Of a stretch of 64,000 nucleotides of DNA, positions 39,201 to 48,035 are shown in pieces. The stretch comes from an uncultured Alphaproteobacteria bacterium. Lineage in GTDB: Bacteria > Pseudomonadota > Alphaproteobacteria > Rhodobacterales > Rhodobacteraceae. Position numbers and translations under genes: made by a program. Each line of letters begins with the position of its first letter. Position 1 is the stretch's first letter. The notes beneath the pieces were generated by a model, which was given only the letters and a program-made list of their open reading frames with translations, was not told the origin of the DNA and did no database searches. The stretch spans positions 1,841,208 to 1,905,207 of the forward strand of contig OY970206.1 in the NCBI GenBank assembly GCA_963708425.1, given 5' to 3'.

Positions 39201-39609
39201 GGTGATAGAGGCAGGCCACAAACGCGCCCGCCCCATCGTGATGACATCCATCGCCATGTCGGCAGGCATGTTGCCATCGGCAATGGGCGCGGGCGAAGGC
39301 GGCTCTTTCCGGTCGCCAATGGCCATCGCCGTCATCGGCGGCATCATCGTGTCAACCGTGCTTAGCCTGGTGATCGTGCCGTCGTTCTACCTGATCATGG
39401 ACGATATATCGCACCTGATCAGTCGGTTCTTCAAACAATTCGTTGGCAGCAAAGAGGCTGAGCCAGAGGCACCCGAAGCCGCAGTTCTTGCAGAACGCAT
39501 CGCGGCGGGAAAAGCAGAGATTTCAGATCTCGAAAGCCGCATCGACGATCTGGAAGCCATGCTAGGCCCAAAAAGTCGCAAGAGAGGCGAGTTGCACGTG
39601 GCTGAATGA
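36289..39609 (+). CDS. Efflux RND transporter permease (AcrB/AcrD/AcrF family) with an extended C-terminal tail
   Basis: 1106 aa. It starts MNFSAWSIRNPIAP, has the 12-TM/2-loop architecture, and the proton-relay region GILVDDAIVEIENI. Confidence 0.9.
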   Translation: MNFSAWSIRNPIAPLLAFLMLMVLGWQSFQSMPITRFPNIDVPLVAVTVTQSGAAPAELEAQVTKKIEDALAGIAGVKNVISTVTDGVSTTAAEFNMEVPTEKAVQDAKDAIDQIRGNLPGDIEAPIVTRIDVEGQAIMSFAVSAPSMSIEELSWFVDDKITRNLQGRPGVGRVDRYGGADREIRVELDPVRLDSFGITAQAVSAQLSATNTNLGAGRSEIGTGEQAIRTLGDAATVEGLASTTIALPSGRFVRLSDLGTVLDTYEELRSFSRFNGEQVVTMAVFRAKGSSEVSVAEVVNSSLDGIREKYPDVAITAVDDTVFYTYGNYEAALTTLVEGAILAVLVVLAFLKNWRATLIAAVALPLSAVPTFWMMDLLGFSLNLISFLAITLATGILVDDAIVEIENIARHIRMGKTPYRASIEAADEIGLAVIATTFTIVAVFVPVSFMPGIPGQYFRQFGLTVAIAVLFSLLVARLITPMMAAYLMRAKDAHEENQKDGWIMRNYLRFVKSSTKTIKLPFGLKLGKYYLTLLAALGVLATSIYFMLQIPGSFIPPEDVSRIAISVELPPGSTLADTDTTTTAIVDKIKDLEGVDNVFVLGGSSPTGERDIRRASVTVLLGKLDHSLIHKFSKIGQSIPLIGPYVPKTESTGREVPQNQIEAQIFALLADVPDVRAFKLNDRGERDISFSILSSNEADLNVAVGRLEAALRGDPLLAGVAASGALPRPEVQITPRAEEAARLGITAQQIAAVVRVATIGDIDAALAKLSIDNRQIPIRVRLNDDARADLGRLAALKVNTASGATVPLSSVAEITIAEGPSVVDRLNRERRATIGANLPVGVALGTATARFKEITDSVELPASVRVAEAGDAEIQAELNQSFGNAMIFGLMLVLTVLILLFKSVLQPFTILFSLPLAIGGVAAALIITGNAVSMPVLIGILMLMGIVTKNAILLIDFAIEMTRQGMGRLEAVIEAGHKRARPIVMTSIAMSAGMLPSAMGAGEGGSFRSPMAIAVIGGIIVSTVLSLVIVPSFYLIMDDISHLISRFFKQFVGSKEAEPEAPEAAVLAERIAAGKAEISDLESRIDDLEAMLGPKSRKRGELHVAE

Positions 39610-39655
39610 CACTTTGCGGGACATGGCCATTTGGCCGTGTTCGTCACCACCTCAG

Positions 39656-41338
39656 TCAGCCCTTCCCATACAACTCGTCCGCTTCCGCCTTGGAATACCG
39701 CCCCAACCGCACATCCTCGGCAACGGCTGCAGGCTCGCGCCTTGCCGGATCGCCGTATCCACCGCCGCCCGGTGTTCGCACCCGCACCCGGTCGCCCGGC
39801 CCAAGCACAATGTCCTGCGCCTTCGACAGATGCTCCGGCACCATCACCACGCCGCCCCGCGTCACTTCAACCCTGTTCAAAGCGCCGTCGCCACCACCCA
39901 ACGCGCCTTGCGGCCCGGTGCGCCCGTGATCCATCACGAAACTGGCCCGCGCGTTGCCCCGCAGTAGCTCAATCTCGTAATCCAATCCAAAACCGCCCCG
40001 ATGCTGCCCCGCGCCGCCAGATCCTTCATGCAAACCATAGCGGCGATACAGCACCGGAAAGTTCTGTTCCATAATCTCAACCGGCGGGGCTTTCGAAATG
40101 CCAATAGTCGAACAGCCATTGCTTAACCCGTCATGGTCGGCATTGCCGCCATAGCCGCCACCCGAAATCTGATACATCACATAATCGCGCCCGCGCTCCG
40201 GGTCATGTCCACCAAGGCCAAAGTTGCCAGACGTGCCTGCGGGTGACGCTGTTACCCGATCCGGCAACGCCTGTACCAATGCCGCAAACACTGCTTCGGC
40301 AATGCGCTGGCTTACCTCGGCCGCACAGCCAGACACCGGGCGCGGATATTGCGCATCAAGAAACGTACCTTCAATCCCGGTCACTACCAACGGCTCGAAC
40401 GCGCCGGCAGAAATCGGCACATCCGGAAAGATATGACGCATCGCCAGATAAACTGACGACAGCGTTGTTGCGCGAACCGAATTCATCGGCCCCATACAGG
40501 GCAGCGACGACCCAGCAAAATCAAACGTCAACGCATCACCATTCGCCGTCACCGTCAGCGCAATCGTCAATGGTTCATTCACCACGCCGTCGCTATCGAC
40601 ATAGGCGCTGGCGGTGTAACTTCCCTCCGGGATCAGCCCGATGTTGGCCCGCATCTGCCGCGCCGCAAGCACCCGCATTTCGGCAATCGCCTCGGTCACT
40701 ACGACATCGCTATAGCGATCCAGCAATGCCGTCAGCCGTGCCGCCCCTACCAACAGCGCCGATGCCTGCGCCTTTACATCGCCAATCCGTTGTTCGGAAA
40801 CCCGTATGTTGGAGCAGATGATCTGGTAAATCTCAGTATCCATCACACCGCGCTTGAACAGCTTCACCGGCGGCAGACGCAGACCCTCTTGTTCGGCACT
40901 TGTCGCACTTGCTGAAAACCCGCCGGGCACTGACCCGCCAGTATCTGGCCAATGTCCGGTGTTGGACAACCAGCAATAGATCACCCCATCTCGATAAAAC
41001 GGCATCGCAAAGCGCACATCCATCAAATGGGTACCGCCAAGATAGGGGTCATTAACAATATAAATGTCGCCCGGCTCCGGTGCCGCCGTCACCCCCGCTG
41101 CAATACGCTCCACAATATGCCGGGTCGAAAACTGCATGGTGCCGACAAACACTGGCAGACCACGCGCGCCCTGCGCAATCAAAGCGCCATCCACAGCGGA
41201 ATAAATGCCATCCGACCGATCATCCGCTTCGGCTATCACCGGCGAAAACGCGGCACGGCTGAAGGTCAGGTCCATCTCATCGCAGACCTGCTGCAACCCC
41301 GCCTGAATAACCGCCAATGTTACCGGATCAAGCATCAT
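39656..41338 (-). CDS. hyuB: Hydantoinase B/oxoprolinase family protein
   Basis: Blocks present: DPVTLAVIQAGLQQVCDEM, NDPYLGGTHLMD, GGGYGG and PGGGGYGDP. The ATG at 41338 (or 41335) overlaps the end of hyuA. Confidence 0.9.
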   Translation of the reverse strand: MMLDPVTLAVIQAGLQQVCDEMDLTFSRAAFSPVIAEADDRSDGIYSAVDGALIAQGARGLPVFVGTMQFSTRHIVERIAAGVTAAPEPGDIYIVNDPYLGGTHLMDVRFAMPFYRDGVIYCWLSNTGHWPDTGGSVPGGFSASATSAEQEGLRLPPVKLFKRGVMDTEIYQIICSNIRVSEQRIGDVKAQASALLVGAARLTALLDRYSDVVVTEAIAEMRVLAARQMRANIGLIPEGSYTASAYVDSDGVVNEPLTIALTVTANGDALTFDFAGSSLPCMGPMNSVRATTLSSVYLAMRHIFPDVPISAGAFEPLVVTGIEGTFLDAQYPRPVSGCAAEVSQRIAEAVFAALVQALPDRVTASPAGTSGNFGLGGHDPERGRDYVMYQISGGGYGGNADHDGLSNGCSTIGISKAPPVEIMEQNFPVLYRRYGLHEGSGGAGQHRGGFGLDYEIELLRGNARASFVMDHGRTGPQGALGGGDGALNRVEVTRGGVVMVPEHLSKAQDIVLGPGDRVRVRTPGGGGYGDPARREPAAVAEDVRLGRYSKAEADELYGKG

Positions 41339-43374
41339 GTCCCCCAATCGTGATGATCAGATTGCCATCGGCGTCGCTGGTCACGAGGTCCCCCGGTTCC
41401 ACCACAATCGTCGTATCCATCTGCTCGATAATCGCCGGGCCAGTCAGCTTGGCATCCAGTGGCAGGTGATCGCGCCAGTAAACCGGCGTCTCCACCCAAT
41501 TGCCAAAATAGACCCTACGCTGGCCTTTTTGCGCATCTTTCACCGAATTTCGTCTCCCTGCGGGATCAATCAACCGTGATAAATCCACCTCCGGTCGCCG
41601 CCCGATTACCGAAACGTTCAAGTTCATCAAATTCGCCCGGATGTTCGGCAAATCCACATGAAACCGAGCATGATAGGCCGCCTCAAAAAGTAACTGAAGC
41701 GTTTCCCGATCGGGCGTTGCATCGGGCAGAGCTATGCGTAAAAGATGGGTCTGCCCCACAAATTGCATATCACACGTGTTACGCACCTCGATGCCGCGCA
41801 ATTCCAGCTTTTCAGCCGCGATCAAAGCCCGCCCTTCCGCCGCCTGATCCGCCAAAATCGCATGAACCCGCCCCATATCAACGCTATCCAGCGGCTGATT
41901 CAAAGACCGAACAAAATCATGCCTCAAATCCGCAACCACGCAGCCCAAAGCATTCGTAATGCCTGGCCTCGCCGGGACCAAAACTCGCGGGATAGCCAGC
42001 TCCCGCGCCAAAGCCGCCGCATGAAGCGGCCCCGCCCCGCCAAAAGCAAACAAAGCAAAGTCGCGAGGATCAGCCCCCATCGAGATGGAAACCATCCGGA
42101 TAGCCCCCCCCATATGCGCGTTCGCGACCCGTATCACCGCCTCGGCAGCCGCTTCCACCGACAGCCCCAACGGCGCTGCAATCTGATCCTGCATCGCCGC
42201 CCGCGCTGCCCCGATCGCCTGCCCGAACCGTTCCGCAGGCAGCCTTCCTAGCAGCAAGTTTGCAGTCGGAAATCGTCACGCGGGTACCACCCAACCCGTA
42301 ACAAACCGGCCCCGGATGCGACCCCGCACTTTCTGGACCCACCCGCAGCATCCCCCCCGCATCAACCCGCGCGATAGACCCACCCCCAGCCCCAACGGTG
42401 CGAACGTCCACCATCGGCACATGAATCGGCATTGCGTACTCAATCTCGATCTCGTTCGAAACAGGTGCCAAACCGCCCTTAATCAGTGCCACATCGGTTG
42501 AGGTGCCGCCCATATCATAGGTCACCAAATCAGCCATGCCCGCCCGAGCTCCGGTGTAAACCGCTGCCATAACCCCCGATGCTGGCCCGGACATCACGGT
42601 TTTCACCGCCTCGCGTGACACTTTCGCCGCCGACACCATGCCCCCATTGCCGTTCATCACCAGCAACTCGCGCGCATACCCCCGCGCTGCCAACCCTTCG
42701 GCCAGCCTCCCGATGTACCGTTCCAACATCGGCTGCACCGAGGCGTTCACCGCCGCTGTCACCCCCCGCTCATATTCCCGGCTTTCCGACAGCAAGGCAT
42801 GGCCCATCGTGATGTATGGTGTCGGCCAAAGACTGGCGGCAATCTCCGCCGCGCGGCGTTCATGGGCCGGGTTGGCATAGCTGTGCAGAAAGTGGATCAC
42901 CAAGCTTTCGCACCCAGCAGCGACAAGCTGGGCCACCGCATCGCGCACCGCACCCTCGTCCAAAGCCGTTACCACACGCCCTTGCGCATCCATCCGCTCC
43001 GGAACTTCCAGACGCAGATCGCGCGGGATGATCGGGGTAAAGCGCCCCGTCATGCCATACGGATTTGGTCGTGTGCGCCGCCCCAGCTCCAACACATCGC
43101 GAAATCCGACAGTCGTGATCATCCCTGTCCGACATAATTTCCGTTCCAACACGGCATTTGTCGTCGTCGTTGTACCGTGCACGATCAGATCAATATCGGC
43201 CAGCGGGGCGTCAGCAGTCTCTAACGCTGCCAAAACGCCTGCCGCCTGACCACCCGACGCTGGGTCTAGCGTTGTTGGCACCTTGGCTAGTCGCACGGCG
43301 CCAGTTAGGGGATCAAAGATCACGAGATCGGTAAATGTGCCGCCAACATCAACGCCTGCAACCAGCCCAGCCAT
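41328..43374 (-). pseudogene. hyuA: Hydantoinase A/oxoprolinase family gene interrupted by a single-nucleotide frameshift at 42264
   Basis: The N-terminal ORF (43374 down to about 42265) has GVDVGGTFTD and reaches ...GTRVTISD. The C-terminal ORF (42263 down to 41328) continues ANLLLGRLPAERF... in the +1 frame. Removing the base at 42264 gives a continuous 681-aa HyuA with the canonical junction TISDANLLLGRL. Confidence 0.75.
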
Positions 43375-43377
43375 CCG

Positions 43378-44073
43378 TCAGACCCCCACGTATTTGCGAA
43401 ACTGCGGGGCGTCCGCCGTCAAATCGCCTACCGCAACGGCTTCCATCACTTTGCCACCCACCATAAAGGCTACTTGATCGGCCAAAGACAGCACCGCATC
43501 CACCCTTTGTTCGACTAGAACGGTCGCCACCCCCGTGGATTTCAACGCCAGAACCGTTTCGCGAATCAGCGCAATCATGGATGGTTGCAAGCCCTCTGTC
43601 GGTTCATCCAATAGCAAAACCTGCGGCTCCAGACACAATGCGCGGGCCATGGCCAGCATCTGCTGCTCGCCGCCAGAGAGGGTGCGCGACTGCTGTGCCA
43701 ATCTTTCGCGCAACCGCGGAAACAGGTCTAACACCCGATCCTTGGTCGCCGCCCCTTTTCCGCGCGTCATCAGCCCGATTTCGATGTTTTCGGCCACAGT
43801 CAACTCACCAAACAAACGGCGGCCCTGCGGCACATAGCCAATTCCGTGACGCGGCACCTCATGCGCGGGTAGATCGCCAATATCTGTGCCGGCCAGCGTA
43901 ATCTTGCCGCGCGTGACACGCACTTGCCCCATCACAGCGCGCAAAGCGGTGGTTTTACCCGCTCCGTTGCGCCCCATCAGGCACGTCACCTGCCCCGCTC
44001 GGGCGAATACTGTCAGCCCATTCAACACCTGGACGACACCATAGCCTGCATCAACATCGTCAATCCGCAGCAT
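43378..44073 (-). CDS. Branched-chain-amino-acid-type ABC transporter ATP-binding protein (LivF-like)
   Basis: Walker A GRNGAGKTT, signature LSGGEQQML and Walker B LLLDEPTEGL. The start at Met 44073 overlaps the LivG-like stop. Confidence 0.85.
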   Translation of the reverse strand: MLRIDDVDAGYGVVQVLNGLTVFARAGQVTCLMGRNGAGKTTALRAVMGQVRVTRGKITLAGTDIGDLPAHEVPRHGIGYVPQGRRLFGELTVAENIEIGLMTRGKGAATKDRVLDLFPRLRERLAQQSRTLSGGEQQMLAMARALCLEPQVLLLDEPTEGLQPSMIALIRETVLALKSTGVATVLVEQRVDAVLSLADQVAFMVGGKVMEAVAVGDLTADAPQFRKYVGV

Positions 44074-44776
44074 AGTCCGCCCCCAGATAAGCGGCCTGCA
44101 CGGCGGCACTGCCGCGTATTTCGGCGGGCGCTCCCTGCGCCAGAACCTTGCCATAATTCATTACGGTAATACGGTCTGCCAGATCCATGACCACATCCAT
44201 GTTGTGTTCGATGAGCAGCACTGTGGTTTGCGGAATAAGGCTCTGAATAAGGCTTTTGAAGCTTTCAGTCTCGGCATTCGCCAGACCTTGGGTCGGTTCG
44301 TCCAGGATCAAAAGCCGAGGCTGCAGCGCCAACCCCATGGCGATTTCCAACAACCGTTGATGGCCATAAGCCAGCGTTCCGGCAGTTTGCGCGGCCAAGT
44401 CGGCTAGGCCCACCCGAGCAAGGGCCGCATCAGTTTCGGTACGCAAATCCTTCGGACCCCGCCGCTGCACCGCCAGAGCCACGTTATCAAACACCGAAAG
44501 CCGCCCGTAGATTGAGGTGATCTGAAACGTGTAGGCAATGCCGCGCGCAACACGGGCATGGGCGGCCAGATGCGTTATGTTGTTGCCATCAAAGACAATC
44601 GTGCCAGCCTGCACCGCAACCCGTCCACATAGCAGGCCCACCAACGTGGTTTTCCCTGCCCCGTTCGGCCCGATCAAGGCATGAATTTCGCCCGCCATCA
44701 CGTCGAAGTCCACATTGTCAACGGCCTGAAGCCCGCCATAGTGCCGGGTTAGGCCACGCGTTTGCAGCAACGTCAT
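44060..44776 (-). CDS. Branched-chain-amino-acid-type ABC transporter ATP-binding protein (LivG-like)
   Basis: Walker A GPNGAGKTT, LAYGHQRLLEIAM and Walker B LILDEPTQGL. It has an ATGA overlap with the upstream permease gene (44773-44776). Confidence 0.85.
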   Translation of the reverse strand: MTLLQTRGLTRHYGGLQAVDNVDFDVMAGEIHALIGPNGAGKTTLVGLLCGRVAVQAGTIVFDGNNITHLAAHARVARGIAYTFQITSIYGRLSVFDNVALAVQRRGPKDLRTETDAALARVGLADLAAQTAGTLAYGHQRLLEIAMGLALQPRLLILDEPTQGLANAETESFKSLIQSLIPQTTVLLIEHNMDVVMDLADRITVMNYGKVLAQGAPAEIRGSAAVQAAYLGADYAAD

Positions 44777-45720
44777 GGCAGCCATGGCAACCACCGTTCT
44801 CGCACCATGCCCAATATGCCGCGCGGGGCAAATAATACTAGAACAAGCAGTGCTACACCGACGACCAACAGGTTCGCTGTGGTGTAACTGCTTGAAAGAT
44901 CAATAAGATAAAACATCAGCAGGGCACCGATGAATGGCCCCAACACCACCCCTGCACCACCCAGCAGCACCCACAGCATCGGCAAAATGGAGTACTGGAT
45001 GGTAGCAAAGCTAGCCCCAGCATAGCCAAACATCAATGCAAACGCCGCCCCAGCCACGCCCGCGTAAAGACCAGAGATGACCATGACGATCAATTTTGTG
45101 CGGTAGGGATCGTAGCCTAACATCCGACTGCGATCCTCGTTTTCGCGCATGCCCACCATCACCCGGCCAAACGGTGCGCGCACCAGCGCCAGATTGCCGA
45201 TCAAAGCGACGCCAAACAGAAGCCACGCCACGAGATAACGCGGCATCTCGGCCGAAAGGTTGAGACCCACCAAGACACGGGATTGCGCCGTAATCACGAT
45301 GCCCTCGTCGCCGCCAGTAACGGCACCAAAGTAAAGCACGCACAGATACCCCGCCTGCGCGAACATCAGTGTGACAATCATGAAAGACACCCCGGCAGTA
45401 CGGAGCGCCAACGCACCAACCGCCGCGGCCATCAGCCCGCCGGCAAGCAGCCCGGCAATCATTGCGGGCAGGGCAGGCCATGCGAAAAGTTGCGCCGTGA
45501 GCCCCGCACCATAAAGACCGGCGGCAAACAGCAGGGCGTGACCGAGGCTAAGCAACCCCGTGTAACCAAACGCTATGTTGTAACCCATCGCGAACACCGC
45601 CAACACCATAATGCGCGCCAGATTGGTGTGGTGATAGGCCGGCAAGAGCCAGTTCAGCGCCAGCGCCAAGGCAACGACCCCAAGATGCAGTGCCCAAATT
45701 TTGCGGCCATGTCCGATCAT
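44773..45720 (-). CDS. Branched-chain-amino-acid-type ABC transporter permease (LivM-like)
   Basis: Polytopic, with blocks GYTGLLSLGHALLFAAGLY and MRENEDRSRMLGY. It has an ATGA overlap with the LivH-like gene. Confidence 0.85.
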   Translation of the reverse strand: MIGHGRKIWALHLGVVALALALNWLLPAYHHTNLARIMVLAVFAMGYNIAFGYTGLLSLGHALLFAAGLYGAGLTAQLFAWPALPAMIAGLLAGGLMAAAVGALALRTAGVSFMIVTLMFAQAGYLCVLYFGAVTGGDEGIVITAQSRVLVGLNLSAEMPRYLVAWLLFGVALIGNLALVRAPFGRVMVGMRENEDRSRMLGYDPYRTKLIVMVISGLYAGVAGAAFALMFGYAGASFATIQYSILPMLWVLLGGAGVVLGPFIGALLMFYLIDLSSSYTTANLLVVGVALLVLVLFAPRGILGMVRERWLPWLP

Positions 45721-46595
45721 GGCTTTGCCCCAAACAGGCCCTGCGGGCGGAAGACCAACACCATGGCCACAAGCAGGGTGGCAATAATCTTAGCCAACGT
45801 GGGCGAGAAAAACATCGAGATGACGCCATCCGACAACCCGATCATCAGCGCTGCCACAAAGGTGCCGCGCAGGCTGCCCAAGCCACCAATGATCACCACG
45901 ATGAACGCCAATAGTAACGGATCGCCGCCCATCAAATACTGCGCTTGGCTGATCGGCACGATTAGCACTGCAGCCACCGCCGCCAACCCAGCGCCAAGGG
46001 CAAAAACGCCAGTATAGACCCTATTTACGTTGATCCCGAACGCCTGCGCCGTTGTACGATCTATCTGCGTTGCCCGCATGATCAGCCCTGTTTTGGTGCG
46101 GGTCATCACCCACCAAACTGCACCCAAAATCAGCATCGTAGCCATCACCACAAACAGTTTGTAGCCAGAATAGCCGAACCATGGGAATTGCAGGCGCAGG
46201 GTAAACGGCGCCTCGACCGGGCGGGCATCGGGGCCGTAAATCGACAGCGCGGCCTGCTGAAAAATGTAAAGCAACCCGATGGTGGCAAGGATCGTCGCCT
46301 CGGGGTCATAGTTCAGGCGTTTCAGCACTAGCCGATCGGCAATCGCCGCTACCGCTGCAATCGCCAACGGACACAAAACCAGCGCCGCAATAAAGCCAAT
46401 CCATGGCGGGCCGGGTGCCGCTTGTGTTACAAACCACGCACCGACGGCACCCAGCATGAAAAACTCGCCATGCGCGACGTTCACCACGCGCATCACGCCA
46501 AACACCAGACTTAAGCCAACAGCCGTCAGCGCCAGCACCGCCGACGTGACCAGCCCCTCCATCACGGCCAGCAATAGGTGTGGTCCGAAATCCAA
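45717..46595 (-). CDS. Branched-chain-amino-acid-type ABC transporter permease (LivH-like)
   Basis: Polytopic, with blocks VNVAHGEFFMLGA, MRATQIDRTTAQAFGINV and GGLGSLRGTF. Confidence 0.85.
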   Translation of the reverse strand: MDFGPHLLLAVMEGLVTSAVLALTAVGLSLVFGVMRVVNVAHGEFFMLGAVGAWFVTQAAPGPPWIGFIAALVLCPLAIAAVAAIADRLVLKRLNYDPEATILATIGLLYIFQQAALSIYGPDARPVEAPFTLRLQFPWFGYSGYKLFVVMATMLILGAVWWVMTRTKTGLIMRATQIDRTTAQAFGINVNRVYTGVFALGAGLAAVAAVLIVPISQAQYLMGGDPLLLAFIVVIIGGLGSLRGTFVAALMIGLSDGVISMFFSPTLAKIIATLLVAMVLVFRPQGLFGAKP

Positions 46596-46651
46596 TATGC
46601 GCTATCCGGGAAATGTGGGGGGTCCGCCAACTGCAGACCCCCTATTTGTTA

Positions 46652-47947
46652 TCAGAACGACTGCGTGGTGTAATCCACCGCGTCGGGGTACGCGCCGTCT
46701 TCAAGCGAAGTGGTATGCACCCGCATCAACTTTCCGCCTTCGACCTTGGATATGTTCTGATGGCCGAACACTTGGTGTGTCTTGCCATTGAAGCGCTTGT
46801 CGCCCTGCGGGCGTTCCATGCCCGCGGGCAGGTCGTTCATCGCCTCAATCGCCTCGACAAACTTCTGGCGGTCTGCGGTCGTTTGATAACCAGACGCCTC
46901 CATCCCGGCCTTGATCATGAACAACGTCTCCCAGCAGGAAAACATGTGCGAATAGGTCGCGACGTCGGCAGGATCGGTTATGGATGCACCATTATCATCC
47001 ACACCAACCGCTGCACGGTAGAATGTTTCATGTTCTGACGCGTCGGCCTGTTTGAATCGATTGTGCGCTTCCCAGAAATGGGTGCCTTCAAGGAATTCCA
47101 AACCGGGGCTGGCAATATCTACGGCTTCGACGCTGTCGATGAAGCCAAAAATTTGTGGTCGCGTGCCACTACCGTAAAACTCGCCCAGTTCCTTTACAAA
47201 CGTCAACACAGCCGGGCCAACCATCACGTGATACAGCACTTCGGTATCGGTCGGAATTTGTGGGAAATAGCGGGTGAAGGTAGTCTCTGTCGGCGGAATT
47301 GCAATCTGCGCAAGCACTTCGCCGCCCTGCGCCTCGATCGCAGCTTTGAAAAAATCCCGGTGGTCATAGCCAAAGGCGAAGTCGGGGAACACCATGGTGA
47401 TCTTCTTGCCAAGGTTCGCCGCCACCCACGGCGCCATCGCCGAAATCTGCGACCGCACATCAGTGATGCCGGGTTGCAAAGTCCAACGGTTCAGCATCCC
47501 CGATGCGACATGGAACCCCTCCGAACAGACCAGATAGGGCACCTTAAGTTCCGCCGCGCGCGGGGCAGAGCCAATCACCACATGGCTGAACAATGGCCCG
47601 AAAACTGCATCGACGCCTTGCTGGTTCACCAGCTTTTCAATCACCTCGGACCCGCGCTGTGGATCGGTCGCGTCATCTTCAAACACAATCTCGACCGGGC
47701 GGCCATTGATACCGCCGCCATCGTTGATCACCTTCAACGCCGCTTGGGCAGTGCGTTCGTACCAGCGGCCGTACGATGCGCCAATCCCGGTACGGTGCAG
47801 CTGAAAGCCGAGTTTGATGGGCGCGGCTGTCTGCGCCTGAATGAACCGAGGCATCGCGAAAGTGCCTACCCCTGCTGCAGCTCCGGCTGCAAGCCCGCGC
47901 AAAACCGTACGGCGCGATGGTTTGGTGTCGATCAAAAGCTTTGTCAT
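46652..47947 (-). CDS. Periplasmic substrate-binding protein of the LivK/amide-urea type, Tat-type signal
   Basis: It has the twin-arginine leader SRRTVLRGLAAGAAAGVGTFAMP and a type-I PBP body (IKLGFQLHRTGIGASYG, GGINGRPVEIVFEDD). Confidence 0.85.
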   Translation of the reverse strand: MTKLLIDTKPSRRTVLRGLAAGAAAGVGTFAMPRFIQAQTAAPIKLGFQLHRTGIGASYGRWYERTAQAALKVINDGGGINGRPVEIVFEDDATDPQRGSEVIEKLVNQQGVDAVFGPLFSHVVIGSAPRAAELKVPYLVCSEGFHVASGMLNRWTLQPGITDVRSQISAMAPWVAANLGKKITMVFPDFAFGYDHRDFFKAAIEAQGGEVLAQIAIPPTETTFTRYFPQIPTDTEVLYHVMVGPAVLTFVKELGEFYGSGTRPQIFGFIDSVEAVDIASPGLEFLEGTHFWEAHNRFKQADASEHETFYRAAVGVDDNGASITDPADVATYSHMFSCWETLFMIKAGMEASGYQTTADRQKFVEAIEAMNDLPAGMERPQGDKRFNGKTHQVFGHQNISKVEGGKLMRVHTTSLEDGAYPDAVDYTTQSF

Positions 47948-48035
47948 TGGTCATTCTCCACTGTTGATTGTTCGCGTCTTAGCCGCGCGTTTTTGGTTAA
48001 AGTTTGTCGGCACACAAATGAAAAGTCTACTGATT

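Noticed and set aside
45283-46017. A 244-aa plus-strand ORF.
   Set aside because: It is antisense across the LivM-like/LivH-like junction. It is extremely Arg/Gln/His-rich and is not credible as a protein.
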